Source of the DNA: the human T2T-CHM13v2.0 reference genome, Homo sapiens
Assembly (NCBI RefSeq): GCF_009914755.1
Contig: NC_060931.1
Length of the DNA: 64,000 bases
Strand: one strand, 5' to 3'
This document shows, one piece after another, positions 29,433-45,077 of this stretch (position 1 is its first letter; every line of letters begins with the position of its first letter). The notes under the pieces were generated by a model. It searched no databases, was not told the DNA's origin, and saw nothing but the letters and a program-made list of their open reading frames with translations. The position numbers were made by a program, and so were the translations under genes.

Positions 29433-29682
29433 TAAATTAGAAATAAGTATCAGTCTCAAAAAGAATATCCAGGGCTTCTTTTGTGCTTTGTAAATGGTGT
29501 TTATCCAAAATAGTTGCAGATTTTTTCCAAGAAAATTGAGGAATTGAATCTTCATTTACACCTAAAATTATATCTTTAAAATGTAAATGGTAACTAAAAG
29601 AAAAATGTTTTTACAATTCAGATTTGCATGTTCGTGACATTTCAGATTATATTAAAGTTATTTCCCATATAAGCTTTTTTAT

Positions 29683-29743
29683 ATTTACACAGATTTTATC
29701 AGATTTACACAGATTTTATCAGATTTACACAGATTTTTATCAC
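29683..29743. repeat. 20-bp tandem repeat x3 (ATTTACACAGATTTTATCAG)
   Basis: Two perfect copies (29683-29722) plus a third with a 1-nt insertion. Confidence 0.92.
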
Positions 29744-32700
29744 AGCAGCAATTCCCATAAAACATAATTATTGACATTTCTATATAATCTCTGCAACATT
29801 TACAAGATGTTCAAGCTAATTTGTATGCCTTAAAGAATTGTTCCTTATGAGATTATATTCTCTCACTGATACACAACTGATTAATCTATATTCTTGACAT
29901 TACTTAAAGGAACTTAACTTTAAAAAACCTCTTCTGAAATGCTGGTAAATAAAACATTTTTAAATGAGCTCGTATACTTCTCTAAATAACCTGTAAGAGT
30001 AGAGAGGAAATGTTTGTTCCCAAGTCCTTCCTTTAGAGCTTGACTTTAATCATGGACTTCCTTCTGGAAAAGACTTGTGTCTACCAAGTTCTAGCTTGGC
30101 ACTTTACCTGGTTGGTATTTGTTATTTATAAGCATAAATATTTTGGTTGATGATTATTTATACTTATATGAAATGGTATTTTCTTAGGAGCTGTTAGAGA
30201 TATTCTTGGTGCTGTGATTTAAATATAGTAACAGCTACCAGCTATACCTGGAGATTTATCCTGCTAGTCAGTTGATCACCTGGTCTGAGTGTTTATTGTG
30301 GCTTTGAGTTTCTTGATCTGGGCCAGATTTGGAATACGGACCTGACTATGACCATCATTGAATGAACAAATAGTATAGCTTTTCTAAAGACAGTTTGACT
30401 TTGGCATGGTATGTTTCACTTACTTTAACAGGTTTCAATCTAAGATATAAAGGTTATAATTGCAATCAGGTAGAACATTAAACATGTCCTCAGTAGCATA
30501 AAGTATATAATTTGCTGAGGGGTAAAGGCATATGAATTCAGAGACATTTGGTTGACTTTTGCTGAAATGTCTGGGACACTTCTCTAGATGGAAACTATAG
30601 TTAACTTTTTATGATGCTAGGAAAATACTTCCAAGAAAGTCAGTTCATCTTTTGGTGAACTAAAAACAAAACTTCCTTCCTCTCTCTTCCAAAGTCTATG
30701 AATATACATAACATAAATGCACATACATTCCAACTAAGACTTATTTCCCCCTACATACATTTAATATATGTTGCAAAGAAGCAATAGAATTCCTTATGAA
30801 GCTCCCCCTTTTCTTTACTAGAAACTACAAAAGAATGAAAGGAAACAAAATGATTTTCAGAAACCTGGGATTAGGAAATAAAAATATAATATTAATAGCA
30901 TTACAGAGAAGATATTTTTCTGCATCCAGTAAGTTGATTCTGAGACACAAGTTTTAAAAGAGTCTATTAGGAATTCCTCCAGGGCTCCTAGAGCACATGG
31001 ATTTGCTATTTAAATCTTTCTTTGTTAAAAATTAAAAAGAAGGGTAGGGCAAGAAAAAAATTAAAAAGAGAATTCATAAAGGTATATTGATATCTCATTT
31101 TTTAAATTTTGTACATTTCAATCCTTAGATGTAAAAATACTTATCAATTCTAGAAATTCTCAAAACACATCTGAATTTTATCCTACCCTTTTGACTTTTT
31201 TAGTGTTCCAAGGGAGACAAACAGACAGGATTAGCCAATGAAATTCAGGTCAGTTTTATCGCCCAGGAAAAATTCCCAAAATGCACTAGCCACACCTGAA
31301 ACCATTATCACTCCCATCACAAAAATTCTTGCGGGAAACAAGATGGAACTTGCCAACATAGTCTTCTTACAAAGGAAGCCAACTTTTACACTGGCCAAAT
31401 TCCATAGACAAATACCTTCAAACCTCCTCTATTTATTTGCCTGTTTATCTTCTCTGGTTACAAAGATCAAAATTCTTCTGAGACTGAGACTACACATATT
31501 CTCTCTCTCCATATACCCCATCCAGACCTCAGATTGTTCCAATAATGAGCATATAATCATTTCCTAGCTTAATGCCAAAATGAAGGCACCTAGAGCCATT
31601 CATCACACACAAAAAAAACAAAATGATTACAAGATCAAAGCTGTTTAGCAGGACTCTCAAGCAATAAGATGACTCCATTTTGTCTTGGCAGATTTACTTG
31701 GCCAGAAATCAAGTGACCCTTTTAATAATTTCTTGGAACTGAGTTTTTACTTTGGCATCAAGTTTGGTGAAAAGACACACATATTGTAGTTTTGTTATTA
31801 ACATCTCTAATACATTTATAAAGGGACTCTTGTGGACAAGGTTAAGAAAGCTGAGCTGCAGCAGTAACTTTCTACTTATGCTTCTGCCCAGTCCTCAGTG
31901 TTGACACATTGCTGAAAGAGGGATTTCCTGGCACTCCAAGAGCTCTCCACCATGTGCAAAAAGTGTTTCTATCACAAGATCAGATAATGGGAGTGCCAGG
32001 GACGGGCCTTTTACATTTTAGGGGTCCAGCAGGTGTACCAGGCCTGACTTGCTTGTTTAGGATCACATATTTTGTTGCTTTTCCCAGTCTCACATTTCAT
32101 GAAATATGTCTATGCAAACTCTTCACATGCATCTTCTCATATTGATGACATCACAAAAGCCCTCTTTTGAGTCATTTGATAATTCCCAGTACTCGTCATC
32201 TTCACCCATAAGCTATTTGTGCTTCAGAACTCTTTGTCTCCACATATGATGCTGTTTCTGGAAACTTATCCCAAGCCACAAATGCCCACTTATAGAATAC
32301 CAGTGTTGTTGACTATGTCAGTTGTTCTATAAGAATATATTCTTGATCCTCACAATGTGTCCATTTTTTATGTTGCTTTTGAAAGTGATTCTAAAGAATT
32401 TGTTTACAGTGACTTCCAATATTGAGTACTATGAGATTATACACCCACAAATAATTACTAAATCTGTTTAATATCTTTACCTCCTCCTTTACCCATTCAT
32501 CAATCAACCTCTATAAGCATCCTAAATTAGTATTGATTGAAGTTGTTTTAGGCTAATGCATATTCTCTAAATAGCATATTATTATTCAAAATAAAATAAT
32601 TGAGAAAATTGTCCCATAATATGGATGGAACCTTTGTAAAGGCCCATATGTAGGGAGAAAAAACCCTCATCTCTATTTGAGGATAAGCAGTAGCAAAAAT

Positions 32701-35700
32701 TTCATTAACTTGTTTAAAATTAAGTGGAATTTAATTTTAAGACTGTGGAATCTCTAACAGTCTTTTACATATAAGGGATTGATTAATGTGACAATTTCAG
32801 GAAAAAAAGGAGAATCAGTACACATTGGCCCAATCTCCTACAAATGAGAATCAATACAGAATAAGAGAATTTTTTAAATCCCCAAATCAGCAAAGATCCT
32901 GTTCCCTAAGTTATAGAATATTTATTAAAACAAGTGAAATCGTACATTTTAGAAAAAATTTTAATCAAAGTTGAAATTAGAAAAGCATTCTTGAAATAGC
33001 TCTCGCCTCTCAGAAAATACAATTAGCACACAACACTGTTTTTCTTGAAGTTCTATTATCAAAGTTTTGCTCTATAGATAAGCATTTGAAAGACCTGTAG
33101 CAAGTATTTTCGCCAACATCTTGATGACCTTAATGACCAAAGTTGGATCAAGTGAAGGGGAAAAGCATTTGGTGCCAGACACACCTGGGTGGAAGTCCTG
33201 GTTTACTGCATACCAACCATGTGACTTCTGCCACATTACCTGACTTCTTGGAGGCTGAGTCTCATTGGTATCATGCAGATAACAATACCTACTTCACAGG
33301 TTTTTGTGAAAATTTGGGATAATATATATGAGGTACCTGGCACAAGATGACTATAAATTTAGCCCGTTGGGAGACAGCATGGACTAATGGAAAGAGACTA
33401 AAATCAGAGATGTTGGTTCAAATCTGAACCCCACCGTCTTCTACCTGGATGGCCATGAAAGCATTATTTAAACTCTGAACCCATCGTCCTGCGTGCAGGA
33501 CTATAGTGTGGACAAGTATATTAATAACATCTGTAAAAGGTCCCAACTTGGTCCTTGGCACAAAATAAATAGCAGCTATTATTGTAAGGAATACTTGCGT
33601 AAAGAAAGACAAATTCAAATGATTGGATTATTCTCTGGAAGAGGCACATTCTGGTTCTATTGTTTACAAGTCTTTCACTTCCCTCTCTAACTGTTATGAG
33701 TGACCTACCTCCATAATGGTTAATTTGTGTTATGTTGTTCTTAAGATTATAATAGTTCCAAAAAAGAGATGGGGTGAGGAGTGGTGGTAGTTTGAGGGGG
33801 CAGAGGATGGGGAGAAAGACAATTGAATCAAAACTGTACTATAGTCAAGTTAGAAGGTATAAATTGTTCTCCTTCCTCTCACTTTCAATCCTAACTATCC
33901 ATGACCTAAGATATTACTCTTATGTACTTTGTCATATCTTGCATTCAAGAATTTGCAGATAATGCAGTTTTAGAAAAAGTCAACCTCATAGGTTGTTTGT
34001 ATTGGGCTTCCTTGTTTTTAAATATCATTTATACTCAAATTCAAAGAGTAGCCAACTGCTTCCCAAAATAAAGGAAACTTAAGGTAGTAATTTTCCATCT
34101 CCGTTTCACAGAATGCCAAAGTTAAAGAGTCACTACTCAGAGCCATCAAAGGAAGAAAGCAAAGTGATTAGAACAATTTTAAAGGAGGACAAAAATCAAA
34201 ACAAGATGCAAACAAGGAATAATAGGAATAGGCAGAAAAATAAACATACAGTGATGTTTCTTTATTATGATTATAAAGATGATAGATGAGTAAAATCGAG
34301 TTACATTTAAGTTGTAATGGAAGAAAATAATTGCAGCCTTCCATCAGGAAACCACAAGGACCGTTATTGATCTGTCATCCTCAGGGCATGTCTCGTAATA
34401 TTTAATAAAATAAACAAAGATTTATAACTTTTATAGGCCATATATCTATAATCTCCCACACCACTTGAACTGTGAATGTGGAGTCAATGTTACAAATAAC
34501 ATCCATGTGATTATACTGGTTTGGCATGCCTTATTCCAACAATCTAGCACTCTCAAGAGAATGTATTTTGTATTAGGGATGAAAAATGTGAAGCCAGATT
34601 ATAGAGTTTTTTACTTATTGTGCTCAAAAATGAGAAAATGTTATCCAATATGAAAAATGTTGTTAAGGATTCTTCATTCTTAATATTAGACAGCCTTTCA
34701 AACCTAAATATTAAATATCTTGGCCATATGCCAAATGTAATAGCTACCAAAGCAAAATCTTGCAAGAAAGAAAATCCTTGAGGTATAAAGATTCAATGTA
34801 CTTTTTAAAAAATGTAAGTAAAAGGTTATTAATTTTACATTTCATTTCTTTTTCTTTCCTAGACACTACTTCATCCTCTCATAGGCTCAGGGAGTCACTG
34901 CTTCCTAACTTCTTTATTTTAATTATCCATGCTACTCATTCCACGAAAAGTGGCATATTGCATTATTTTATTAAAAGAAATTTAAAATTAGTTTCTTTCC
35001 AGAATTTTGTAACGCCCCCTGAGATCACTGGGCACACCCTTGGGGTGTTAGAAAACATGTTACAAAATGAACCTTTAATTCCTTTTGCTTTTTCCCTTCC
35101 TCTTGCTGACTGCTCTTTAAACCATTACATGGCTCATTCACAAGTCTCTCTACCCCAGGAAAGATGAAAAAGCAAAGGCATGATGTTTTTATAACCTAAT
35201 AGCAAGAGAACACAGTGCTGAAGCTGTCACCAAAACTGTGGGTAGGTTTTACCCGTGGGTTATATTAATTCATGATATGATTGATAATATCTCTCACTTG
35301 TGTGGGGAATGAAGCGTTAACTATGCCGCATGCATTTTAAATTAATTTGACATTATTCTTAATGTCCTTTCAAGCAGGTGGCATTATAACCTGTGTCTTA
35401 TTTAGGTAGTTGATTTCTACACGGAGATTCATCTGATAAAACTGATATCGCAAACGGGAAGGAGTTTGTACAAAATGAAATAAATCTTAAAGTTGATTTT
35501 TGTAAAGCCCAAATGTTAATTAAAATCTTTGAATCCACAACTCTGATACATGATATTTTCATTGACATAAACATGATTAGCGATTTCTGGAAGCATGTGG
35601 GATGCTGCATTGATAAGGATATGAACCTCCTTGAGTAATAATGTATATTTTTACTCCGAATACTGTTTCACATTTTGGGTGTTACATCCTTACTTCAGAC

Positions 35701-38700
35701 TTCTGCCTTATCAGTGGCCATCCCACCCTATGTTCTTATCTCCTCAGTCTAAAAAGAAAAATGGGGACCCATCAGAATTTGGATAGAAGACCCTCCAGGA
35801 ATTTCTGCCACTGCTTATTCATGGGTTGGCACAGACACTGATTCAGTGGGCACACAGAGTTCAGAATGATTCAGAGCCCAGATATGTGCCCTAAGTCACA
35901 TCTCCAGCGTCCAGGGAGGACTGTAAAGTGCTCGTTATCAGGAAAATGAAACCAAGGGCTCAGCTACTCCTGAAGTCATTAAAACTCCTTCCCTTGATTT
36001 TTTTTTTTTTTTTTTTAAATAGTATATGTGGTAACCGAATCTAGGATCCTGGATACATTCCAGTCTGCTAATTACATATTTTTTTCTAACTAAAATGTTC
36101 CAGGCAGGTTCATTTGCATGTGAATTACTTGCTGAGCCATGTTGACTTCCTATTCTAAAAGCCTCACTCTGCCTTGGGAAGCAGTTTACTGCACTTCACC
36201 CTAGACCTAGTCTAATGTTGGAGCAGACAAAGTGTAGCTACCCATATATACTTCAAAAATATTTTCCAGTCTCCCCACAAGAGGAAAGAAAAATGTCTAG
36301 CAATTGCATGCTAATTTAGACCAAAGCTTTGTTTTAACCATTCTTGGTGATCACAAATGGGGAAAAATGATTTATGAACAGTATAACTATAAAACAAACA
36401 AAAAAAAACCATTGTGAATTCAGAGTGAAGTCTGACTTCATTTGTCTTATTTGGGTAAATCAGCAAAATGTTCATCAGTCAGAGGACATTAAAATGGTAG
36501 ATGATACTTCAAATCGTGCCCTAGATAAAAGGAGAGAATTAAGGTTAGTTTTGATTTGTAAACCATTCTCTTCGAAGGCTGATTTTATAAAAATTAAGTT
36601 TGCTGAGTCATCATCTCAAAATATATAGTTATTCATGATTAGTTAAAATTTGTGTCTGTGTATCAAAGAAGTAAATTTGTATGATATTAAATTTTCTAAC
36701 AATGTTTTAAATTTTAAAATGTCCGATTAACACTTGCATCTAGCAACCAGTCTACTAACTAAACTATAGGTGAAGTCATGCTCAGGAAATGGGGAAAATG
36801 CACAGATTAAATTGGTCTGTTAGCTCTGAGTGAATCAATAGTATTTAGTGCTAATGCACTAAGGAGATTACAAGCACTAATGCAGTAGCAGTCAATAGCG
36901 AAAACTAATATCTCTAAAAAATATCTTGACAATAAAATGTGCAATATTTTCCATTTATCTTAAGCTAATTACATTACCTGCTTGTTCTTTCATCTTATTA
37001 GTTTAAGCCAAGTGCTAGAAGCCTAACCATTTTATTTAGTGCATAAAAGGGCCAAAACCTTGTAATCATTGTTTTCAGCAGGAGACAGAGGAAAGGATTA
37101 ATTCATGTAACCAAGATTCAACCAGAAATTCAACAGATATTTATTTAGTCTCTAAACCTGATAGTATTACAATGGAGAATGAGCTAGACTGTACCTGTCT
37201 TCAACAAGCAGATAGACTAGTGAAGATGACAGTAAACATTCAGTCACACCAGTGAACAAATACATCATGATAATTTATGAAATGTGCTGTGAGGGAAATA
37301 AACATCTGTGAATGCAAATGAGAGGGAATATCTAAATTTGGTAGTTGAGTCACAAAAGGCTGTCCTGAGGAGGTGAAAGCTAACCTTTATATAAAGCTTA
37401 AAACTTTAAAAAAGCAATACGTCTTTAGTACACAGGCAAATATATAAACTAAATATATAAACTAATAGTCATTACTTATTTCACAAGCTTTACATCTTAA
37501 CTACAAGCTGCTACATTAAATCAGCTTTCTTAAGTGGTTTGTGGTCATTAGTGCATACTATCTTACACTTAGAAAAACATTGCAAGAAGTAGTACAATGC
37601 TGGAGAATTTAACTTTTTAAAACATTTCCTGCCTTAAAATAAACAGCAGTAAATGTGTTTAAACATTCTTTTGATTTCTAAATGAATTAAGTTACTTTTT
37701 ATTATGTGGTTCTTCTTCATATGAAGAAAATAATATGTAGATTACTAGAAGCTAAGAACATACTTTAGATCCTGCTCACACTCACTGCCTTTCCTGGCCT
37801 GTCACCTTAATCAGCTTCTTTGAAAATCACTGTTTCTTACATAGGCCAGGTTGTTTCTTCCTTGTTTCCCTCTTCTTCCTTCTATGGCCAACCCTTGGGA
37901 CCCCGTTTGTCAGAAGAACATGTTCCTCTTTGGGGAGGAGGGGATTGTCCTTTTACCAATAAGTTTTATGACCAAGAGAAACATAAGAATCTGAGAACAC
38001 ACAAAATAAGCTCTTTTGAAACTATCAAAATTATAAACATTAATAGAATTCAAGGGAATGTGATGCTGAAGTGATCCCAAGTCACATTGTCTTTCTGCCT
38101 CTGTGCACTGTACTCTGCACAATTGCATCCATTTTTAGACCATTTCCTTCTCATGAGAATCATGTGCATGGAGGGCCAAAGGAGAGACAAGTGCTCACAA
38201 GGATATCATGAGCACTTATGAATGTACAAATGAGTGCTCTCCAGTCAGTGCCATCTTTATATTGTTCCGGTTTATAGGCAATGCCTTCATCTTTACCTAC
38301 AGACACATGTTGCCTTTCTGTTTCATTTTAATCCTGTTCATCTATACATATTTAATCACACAAATATCTAAATAAGTTTATGTCTTGTAGGGAAGGCACT
38401 TTGTCATGCTTCTTTGTACCTAAGCATATGCTTTGCAAATCATAAACAATAGTGTTGATTTTATTTGATATAAAAACTTGGATTCTCAAAAGAAATCTAT
38501 GTGTTCACACGATAAACAGAGACCATCTGAATTGCCAAAGTATGACTGAATCATAAGCAGTATTGTTTTAGTCATCTTTACAGACCAGGAAGATTTGAAA
38601 TACAGGTGTAAAAAGATGTGTGAGGCATCAAAAGAAATATTCACCTTTCTTTGTGTTCATTTTTTTTATTTTTGCTTGGCCGAGAAAGAAGGGGTGTTTT

Positions 38701-40968
38701 CCAAGGGAATAGGAGGCTTCAGGGCTTATTCCTGTGCCTACAAGTCAGAGAGGTCACTGGCTTGCCCCTTCCTGAAGGCTGTAATTACAGGCAGAGGACT
38801 ATTTATTTTCCCGTAAGGCGACCAGAATCTTGAGTGTAAAAAACTGTTTACAAGAGTACACTGTGTATAGGGGTTACACACAACCTCAGGAAAAATAATA
38901 GGAAAGTGAGACTATTTTTCTTCATGTATTCAATAATATGAGAAGGTCCAAGACTCTGGAAATGTTCTAAAGTACAATAATAGAGATGAATATGAGGTCA
39001 AATTAGGTGATCCTGGGGCTTAAGGAACTGAATTAAATGAATAAAGAAGAGGAATTTCTAATAGGGCATAATCTAACTGATAATTTGTTAAATGTAAACT
39101 TATTTGTGGCTCCAACATCATGGTAAACAAGAATGAATAAATGTATTAGTAAGAGTAATTGAGAAGTATTTCTAATGTGAAAAACACCAATTACATTGGG
39201 TTTATCTGGCGCCAATGTGGAAATAAATGAGCAATATTTCTTACTCTCAACTAAACTTACTCTCACTTTCAGAACTGTTATAGGAAAGGTATTGATTCAA
39301 GTAGAGTTGGGCATGCAAAGCACAAGATCAATTCTGTTACTGGCCTGATATTAAGGATATTAGTCAGTGTTTGAAAAAATGATTTGTAATATATAAGTAG
39401 TAGTTTAACAAAGTAGGTAAAACTTGTAATTAATTTCAAAAGGTCAAAGCAGAGATTATTGACATGTACAAAGAGGACCCGCTTTATATGTGCCTGCTTT
39501 GAAAAGTAATACCGTAGTATGGTAAATTGTGACTAATTCTGAGATTTTCTGTCTAGATTCTTTTTAAAACCAAATGCTTAAGAAAAAAACATGAGACATG
39601 AGTAGCAATTACATTTTTTAGGCTGAGTAGGTAGCATAATTGCCTCATGCCTGCCTCCTGTCTCCATTTGTTTTTAGTAGATTTTGCACAGAAAAACATG
39701 TTGACCTCGGTACTGAAATTTTGGAGTTCACTATTTGCGGCACAGTTACAGATCACAGAAAAAAATGTACAACAGGACTTCACCACACCTAACAAAAGAA
39801 AGTTTTCTTATTAAAAAAAAAACCCTCCAAATTATTGTGAGATCTAGGGTAACCATGGTGTTAACTATATGCTATTTGATATCTTATAACCCTGGTGATA
39901 AGATAACAATCCAATTGAATGCAGATGAACTCATGAAAAAAGAAGGATTATGAAATATTTGGAAAGTAAACACCTAAATTTTCATAAGTAAATATTAATT
40001 ATTTGTGTGATCTTTAGATATGAAAGCTTCCCCTGCATGCACTTGGCTCTTGGAACCAGCTGTTAAAACTCCCAGCACCTTAGTTAATACCCTGTATGCT
40101 GGTGGTTCAAGAACTAGTTAAGAAACAGTCACATTTTCTATTTTCACTGCCAATGTATAATAAAATCTCTGTTCCAGTGAATGGCTGGCCAATTATTTTA
40201 ATAACGATGTTGGCATGGCTTCATTTTACCTTTCTTGCTATTAGCAAAGCTTTCCTTTTGTACTCTGAAGTACGGGTAAATCACAAATTAAACTGAGCTG
40301 TTGTTTGTTTAATGCTGTGTTTCCTGCTAACCTTATTCTTGTCTATCAACCTGAACGTAGTTCCCCAGTGGCTCAGAAAACCCTCAATTGGGATTAAGTA
40401 ATAGTTTACACAACCTTGCTCAGTCATTAACCTGTGTTGACTTTCTCATTCTTGTGTTCCAGCCTCATTTAAGAGTTTCTTAAGCACTCTATCCAGTTGC
40501 TGGTTTGGTGACAACTAACAATACCTATTTAATCAAGAAATTTAATATTTCCAAGGAATCATTTATCGTATCTCAGACTTCTTCATTAACATAATCTAAT
40601 TCAGTCTTGTATTCCTTCTTCAAAATAAAGCCTGGTTTCATTCATAGTAAATATGAAGCTTAAAAATTTTTACTTCTTTTCTTCTCTATACACACAAAGC
40701 AGAAAGAGAAAATTGTATATTATCATTCCAGACAGGTTTTTTTTTTTGTTTAGTGTATTGACATTGATGCCAATAAGATAAAACTAGACCTCAGTGGCTC
40801 CTCCTCAACTCCACCCAATCTATTTGTCTCCAAAGTGCTGTTGGAGTAAGTAATCTTTGTTAAGAGCAAACCTATTTGTATATCTGATGATAATCTGAGG
40901 GATAATAATATGATATTTAAGGAGTTTCTGTCCTTGGCCCTGACTATTTCCTGGTCCTCCTTCACGCC

Positions 40969-41177
40969 CAGTGATGTGCTGGTAAATGTTAAACTCTGGG
41001 GGGAGGGGCAGCAGAAGCCCCTAATTTGTAGCATTTGCCAATTTCTATGGTGTAAATATCCCACTGAGCCAGTTTCAAGGTACCACTGAAACAGCGTTAG
41101 TCACTGAACAACAATGAGGAAGAGATGTACACACTTGGCTCTGTGAACTGTTATGAGATGGTTCAAGCACAGCACTG
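40969..41177 (-). mobile_element. MER63A-like hAT DNA transposon (copy 2)
   Basis: Terminal inverted repeats cagtgatgtgct / agcacagcactg; internal homology with 22353-22560. Confidence 0.75.
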
Positions 41178-42222
41178 CCACCCTGTCCTACACGCAACCT
41201 GTCATTCTTGTAGTTCCCAGAATCCATCAGCCTCCCTCACAACCCTGCCTTAACACGTGTAGCTTGGTCCACTTCAGATTCCCTTTAACACTCATTTTGT
41301 CAAGTGAACACTTTTTCCCTATTCTTTAAAACTTCCATGCTGGCATTTTCCTTCCCCAGGACATTTTTCCCTAGCCTTCAACTCATCCCCTGCCCCCCAT
41401 ATTCTGGATTTGTTGCGTTTCCTGAGCACACCAGTAGCACTCTGCTTATTTCTACCATGTCTCTTATCACACTCCGTGGTAATGTGTCCAACAGTTCCAT
41501 CGTTAGCCCCCTGAGGGGATGAACTATGCCATTTATCTCCACAGTCCCAGCACCTAATACAATAGCTTGAACAATATATACATTTATCGGATGAGCAAAG
41601 AAGTATGACAGAGCCCTGTATGTAAAATATATTACTATAAATAGAATGCTGATTCATAAAAATAATTATTTAGATAAAACAGTTTTTCCGTCTCTCCCCT
41701 AAATCCCTAAAAACTAATTTATAGAATTGGGGAGTTTTCAAGAGCTAAATTAGCACTGGAGAAAAACTGGGGAGTTTTACTCACTATTACCTATGCCCCT
41801 CCCGTCCCCCCCACACACACCCTCCTTCATTCACCAGTCTGCAATGAAGATTGATCAAAGAACAAAGAAGAAGAAAAATGAAAGAAAAAGGAAAGATTAA
41901 GATAGGGAGGGTGAATAGATAGGAATTCCAGAGTTTTGTAATCGAAATTTGGAACTCAGAATTAAAGTCATTAAAAGGAGAAAGAGGGAATACTTTCTCT
42001 GCTCCCGTAAGGTTTTCTCAAGCCTTTCAACAGCACTCACCCTTTGAGCGGGTGATACCATCTGTAAGAGGGACTTTACGCAATGCTTTAGTGGGCGTGG
42101 CTTGAGCAGTGACACCAGTAGAGATACCCCCTTGAAACTTTCATTTGAAGTCCACAGATTTTCACTATTGGTCACCAATCCATGATTTCAAGTTGAAAAT
42201 GATATATGGGTTAAGGAAAAGA

Positions 42223-42545
<323 letters not shown>

Positions 42546-43850
42546 TTATCAACACCATCCTTCCTGTGGCCACAGGATCGTAATCCCAGTGGCAACATTC
42601 AAAGGCACCAAGTACGTGCTTGGTACAGAGAGAAGCTTTCCTGAGCTTGGCCTTGGTGTAGATGCAGTGAGAACTGAGTAAGGGCCTCTGGCAGGGACCT
42701 TGGCTGCTGAGAAGGGGAGCCCACAGATGGAGGTTTCTGATCAACAGGTCCTATCAGAAACAAGGGGAGCAGATAAGTAAAGAGTCTCACTCCACGGTGG
42801 CAAGATGGAAAGGAGGGATAAGAGGTCATGACAGTTGGATTAATGGCAGGCTAGAATATAGTCATGGGCTTGAACGATATATTGGGACACAATTGAAGGA
42901 CTCTTGTTTCATCCATCGTTCATCTCTCCTGGCCCTCTGTGAAGACATTTATCACCTGTTTCTATTGAATGTGACACTGTTAGGCACATAAACAGACCAT
43001 GGCTCTTACCACCTCCAAGAAGAACTACTTCTGTTTTATTTGTTAGTGCAGGGTAATTGGTGTTGTGTCTTCTGAAAATCTCTTATACTTCTATGAGTAA
43101 GTGCATTGAAATTGTTTCTGTTAACTAAGTAGAGGAAAGCAGAAAACCTCTTTGCACTAAGCATTAAAACCTTCCTAACTTGGAACAATTTTCTTTATGA
43201 ATCACTCTGTCACTCCTGGCTATGATTGAAGTGCAGTATGAAGGCTGCTAACCAAAAACACATGGACACAGTCTGTTTCAGATCTGATTCACCTTAGGAA
43301 ATGATGATAAAGAAGCAAAAGTTTTAACACTTAGAATTCCAAGGTCCATATCATTGTAGAATTGATTCTTTTGAATTGTGGTGGTACCTCAAGAGAAAGG
43401 ATTTATTTATTTCATTTATATTTAAATGCGTTTGTATACATATGTATATAAACCCATATACACATATACATAAAATATATTCTGCTCCAAGTATTTATCT
43501 CTCTTTTCTCTTTACTAATCCAGCTTCCATTAAGAACTGGCTCAACTTCGACCTCTGCCATGAGCCTTCTCCAGCTGTTTAAGCCCACACAGATCTTATT
43601 TTTTTCCTAGTCTTAGAGGATTTACTGCCAGTACAGTGTTTTCAGAATGTAACTATCAACTGAGTTCTTATACTTTGCATCAGTTAGCTATTGTACGTGT
43701 CAATCTTTTGTCTCCCTATGTAGAGGCTAGACCCAAGGTAGAAGCATTTGCCAGGATTGACAAACGATAGCCTGTTTTTATATTCTCAACAAGTGAAAAC
43801 TTATTTTGTTTATATTTTTTTCCCTTTTTATACAGTTAAACACTCACATG

Positions 43851-43854
<4 letters not shown>

Positions 43855-43886
<32 letters not shown>
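43855..43886. repeat. (CA)16 microsatellite
   Basis: Direct count. Confidence 0.95.
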
Positions 43887-43888
<2 letters not shown>

Positions 43889-43970
43889 CCACAGGGACCC
43901 TATGGCCCTCAAAGACTAGCATATATTCTATCTAGCCCTTTCCCAAAAAACATGTGCCAACCCCTGCATT
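43887..43970 (+). mobile_element. MER58-like hAT terminal fragment
   Basis: 'tatggccctcaaagact...tctagccctttcccaaaaaacatgtgccaacccctg'. Confidence 0.55.
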
Positions 43971-44274
43971 AGAGAATAGTGTAAAATAATAGTGGACAGA
44001 TAACAGGTCCACAAATTTTGGAGAGCCATGGATGACCTTACTTATGAACTTAAGTAATTCTCTTCAATAGGTGTGAGTGTTTCCATTTTACAGATGATGA
44101 AATTGAGGCTCATTGATCTAAACAATTGGATTTTGTCTTCATAGGCATTATGAGGGCTTACTAGACCAACAATAGTGATAATAATAACTGTTTAGTTGCA
44201 CAAGGCAGGGATTTATGTCTTTTTTATTTGCTGCCATATCCTTCAGCACCTAGAACAGTCTGTCACATGGTATG

Positions 44275-44716
44275 GTATTATATTCATTTTCCAGAGCTCC
44301 CATAACAAATTACCACAAACTGGGTGGCTGAAAACAACAGAAATTTATCCTCACATGGTTCTGGAGGCCAGATGTCTGAAATCAAGGCATCAGCCAGGGC
44401 CATGCTCCCTCTGGAGGCTCTAGGGAGGACTCCTTCCTTGCCTCTTGCAATTCTGGTGTCCCAGGCATCTTAGGTTGTGGCAGCTTTACTCCCCTCTCTG
44501 CCTCCATCTTTATGTGGCAGTCCACCATGTCTCTCTGTGTCCCCTCTTCTTATAAGGACAACAGTCATTGAATTCAGGGCACTCACTAAATCCAGGATGA
44601 TTTCATCTCAAGATCCTTAACTAATCACATATCAAAGAGCCTATTTCCAAATAAGGTCACGATCTGACTTTCCAGGTGGACATGAATTTTGGGAAGACAT
44701 TATTCGGCCTACTGTA
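44275..44716 (-). mobile_element. MLT1B/C-like MaLR solo LTR
   Basis: 'ataacaaattaccacaaactgggtggctgaaaacaacagaaatttat...gttctggaggccag...ctatttccaaataaggtcac'. Confidence 0.8.
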
Positions 44717-45077
44717 GGTCTTCTAAATGAAGTGACCATTTAATATGTTTCTGGCACTGGATTCATTTCATTTAAGCCTCAAAACAAATCTGTTATGTAG
44801 ATATGTGTTTTCCCACTTTACAAGTGAAGAACTGAGGTTTAGAGATCTAGGAATCCTAAAGCTGCACAGCCAGGAAGGGCAGGGCCACCCCTGACCCAAG
44901 TTCTCTGCTAGGTTAGCATGGTTGTCACAGGACAAGCTGAGAAGGTATTTAGGGAGCATTACACTAAAAAGTTGTAGAAGTCGGCTTAAGGAAGAAGATT
45001 CTAAAATCAAAGGAATCAGATTGTAGGAGGCCATGTAGGCAATTTCCTTTAATTCAATAGAAGAGAGTATAAGAATC

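Noticed and set aside
29683-29743. CRISPR-like array
   Set aside because: Direct tandem copies without spacers, in a human intron with no cas genes.
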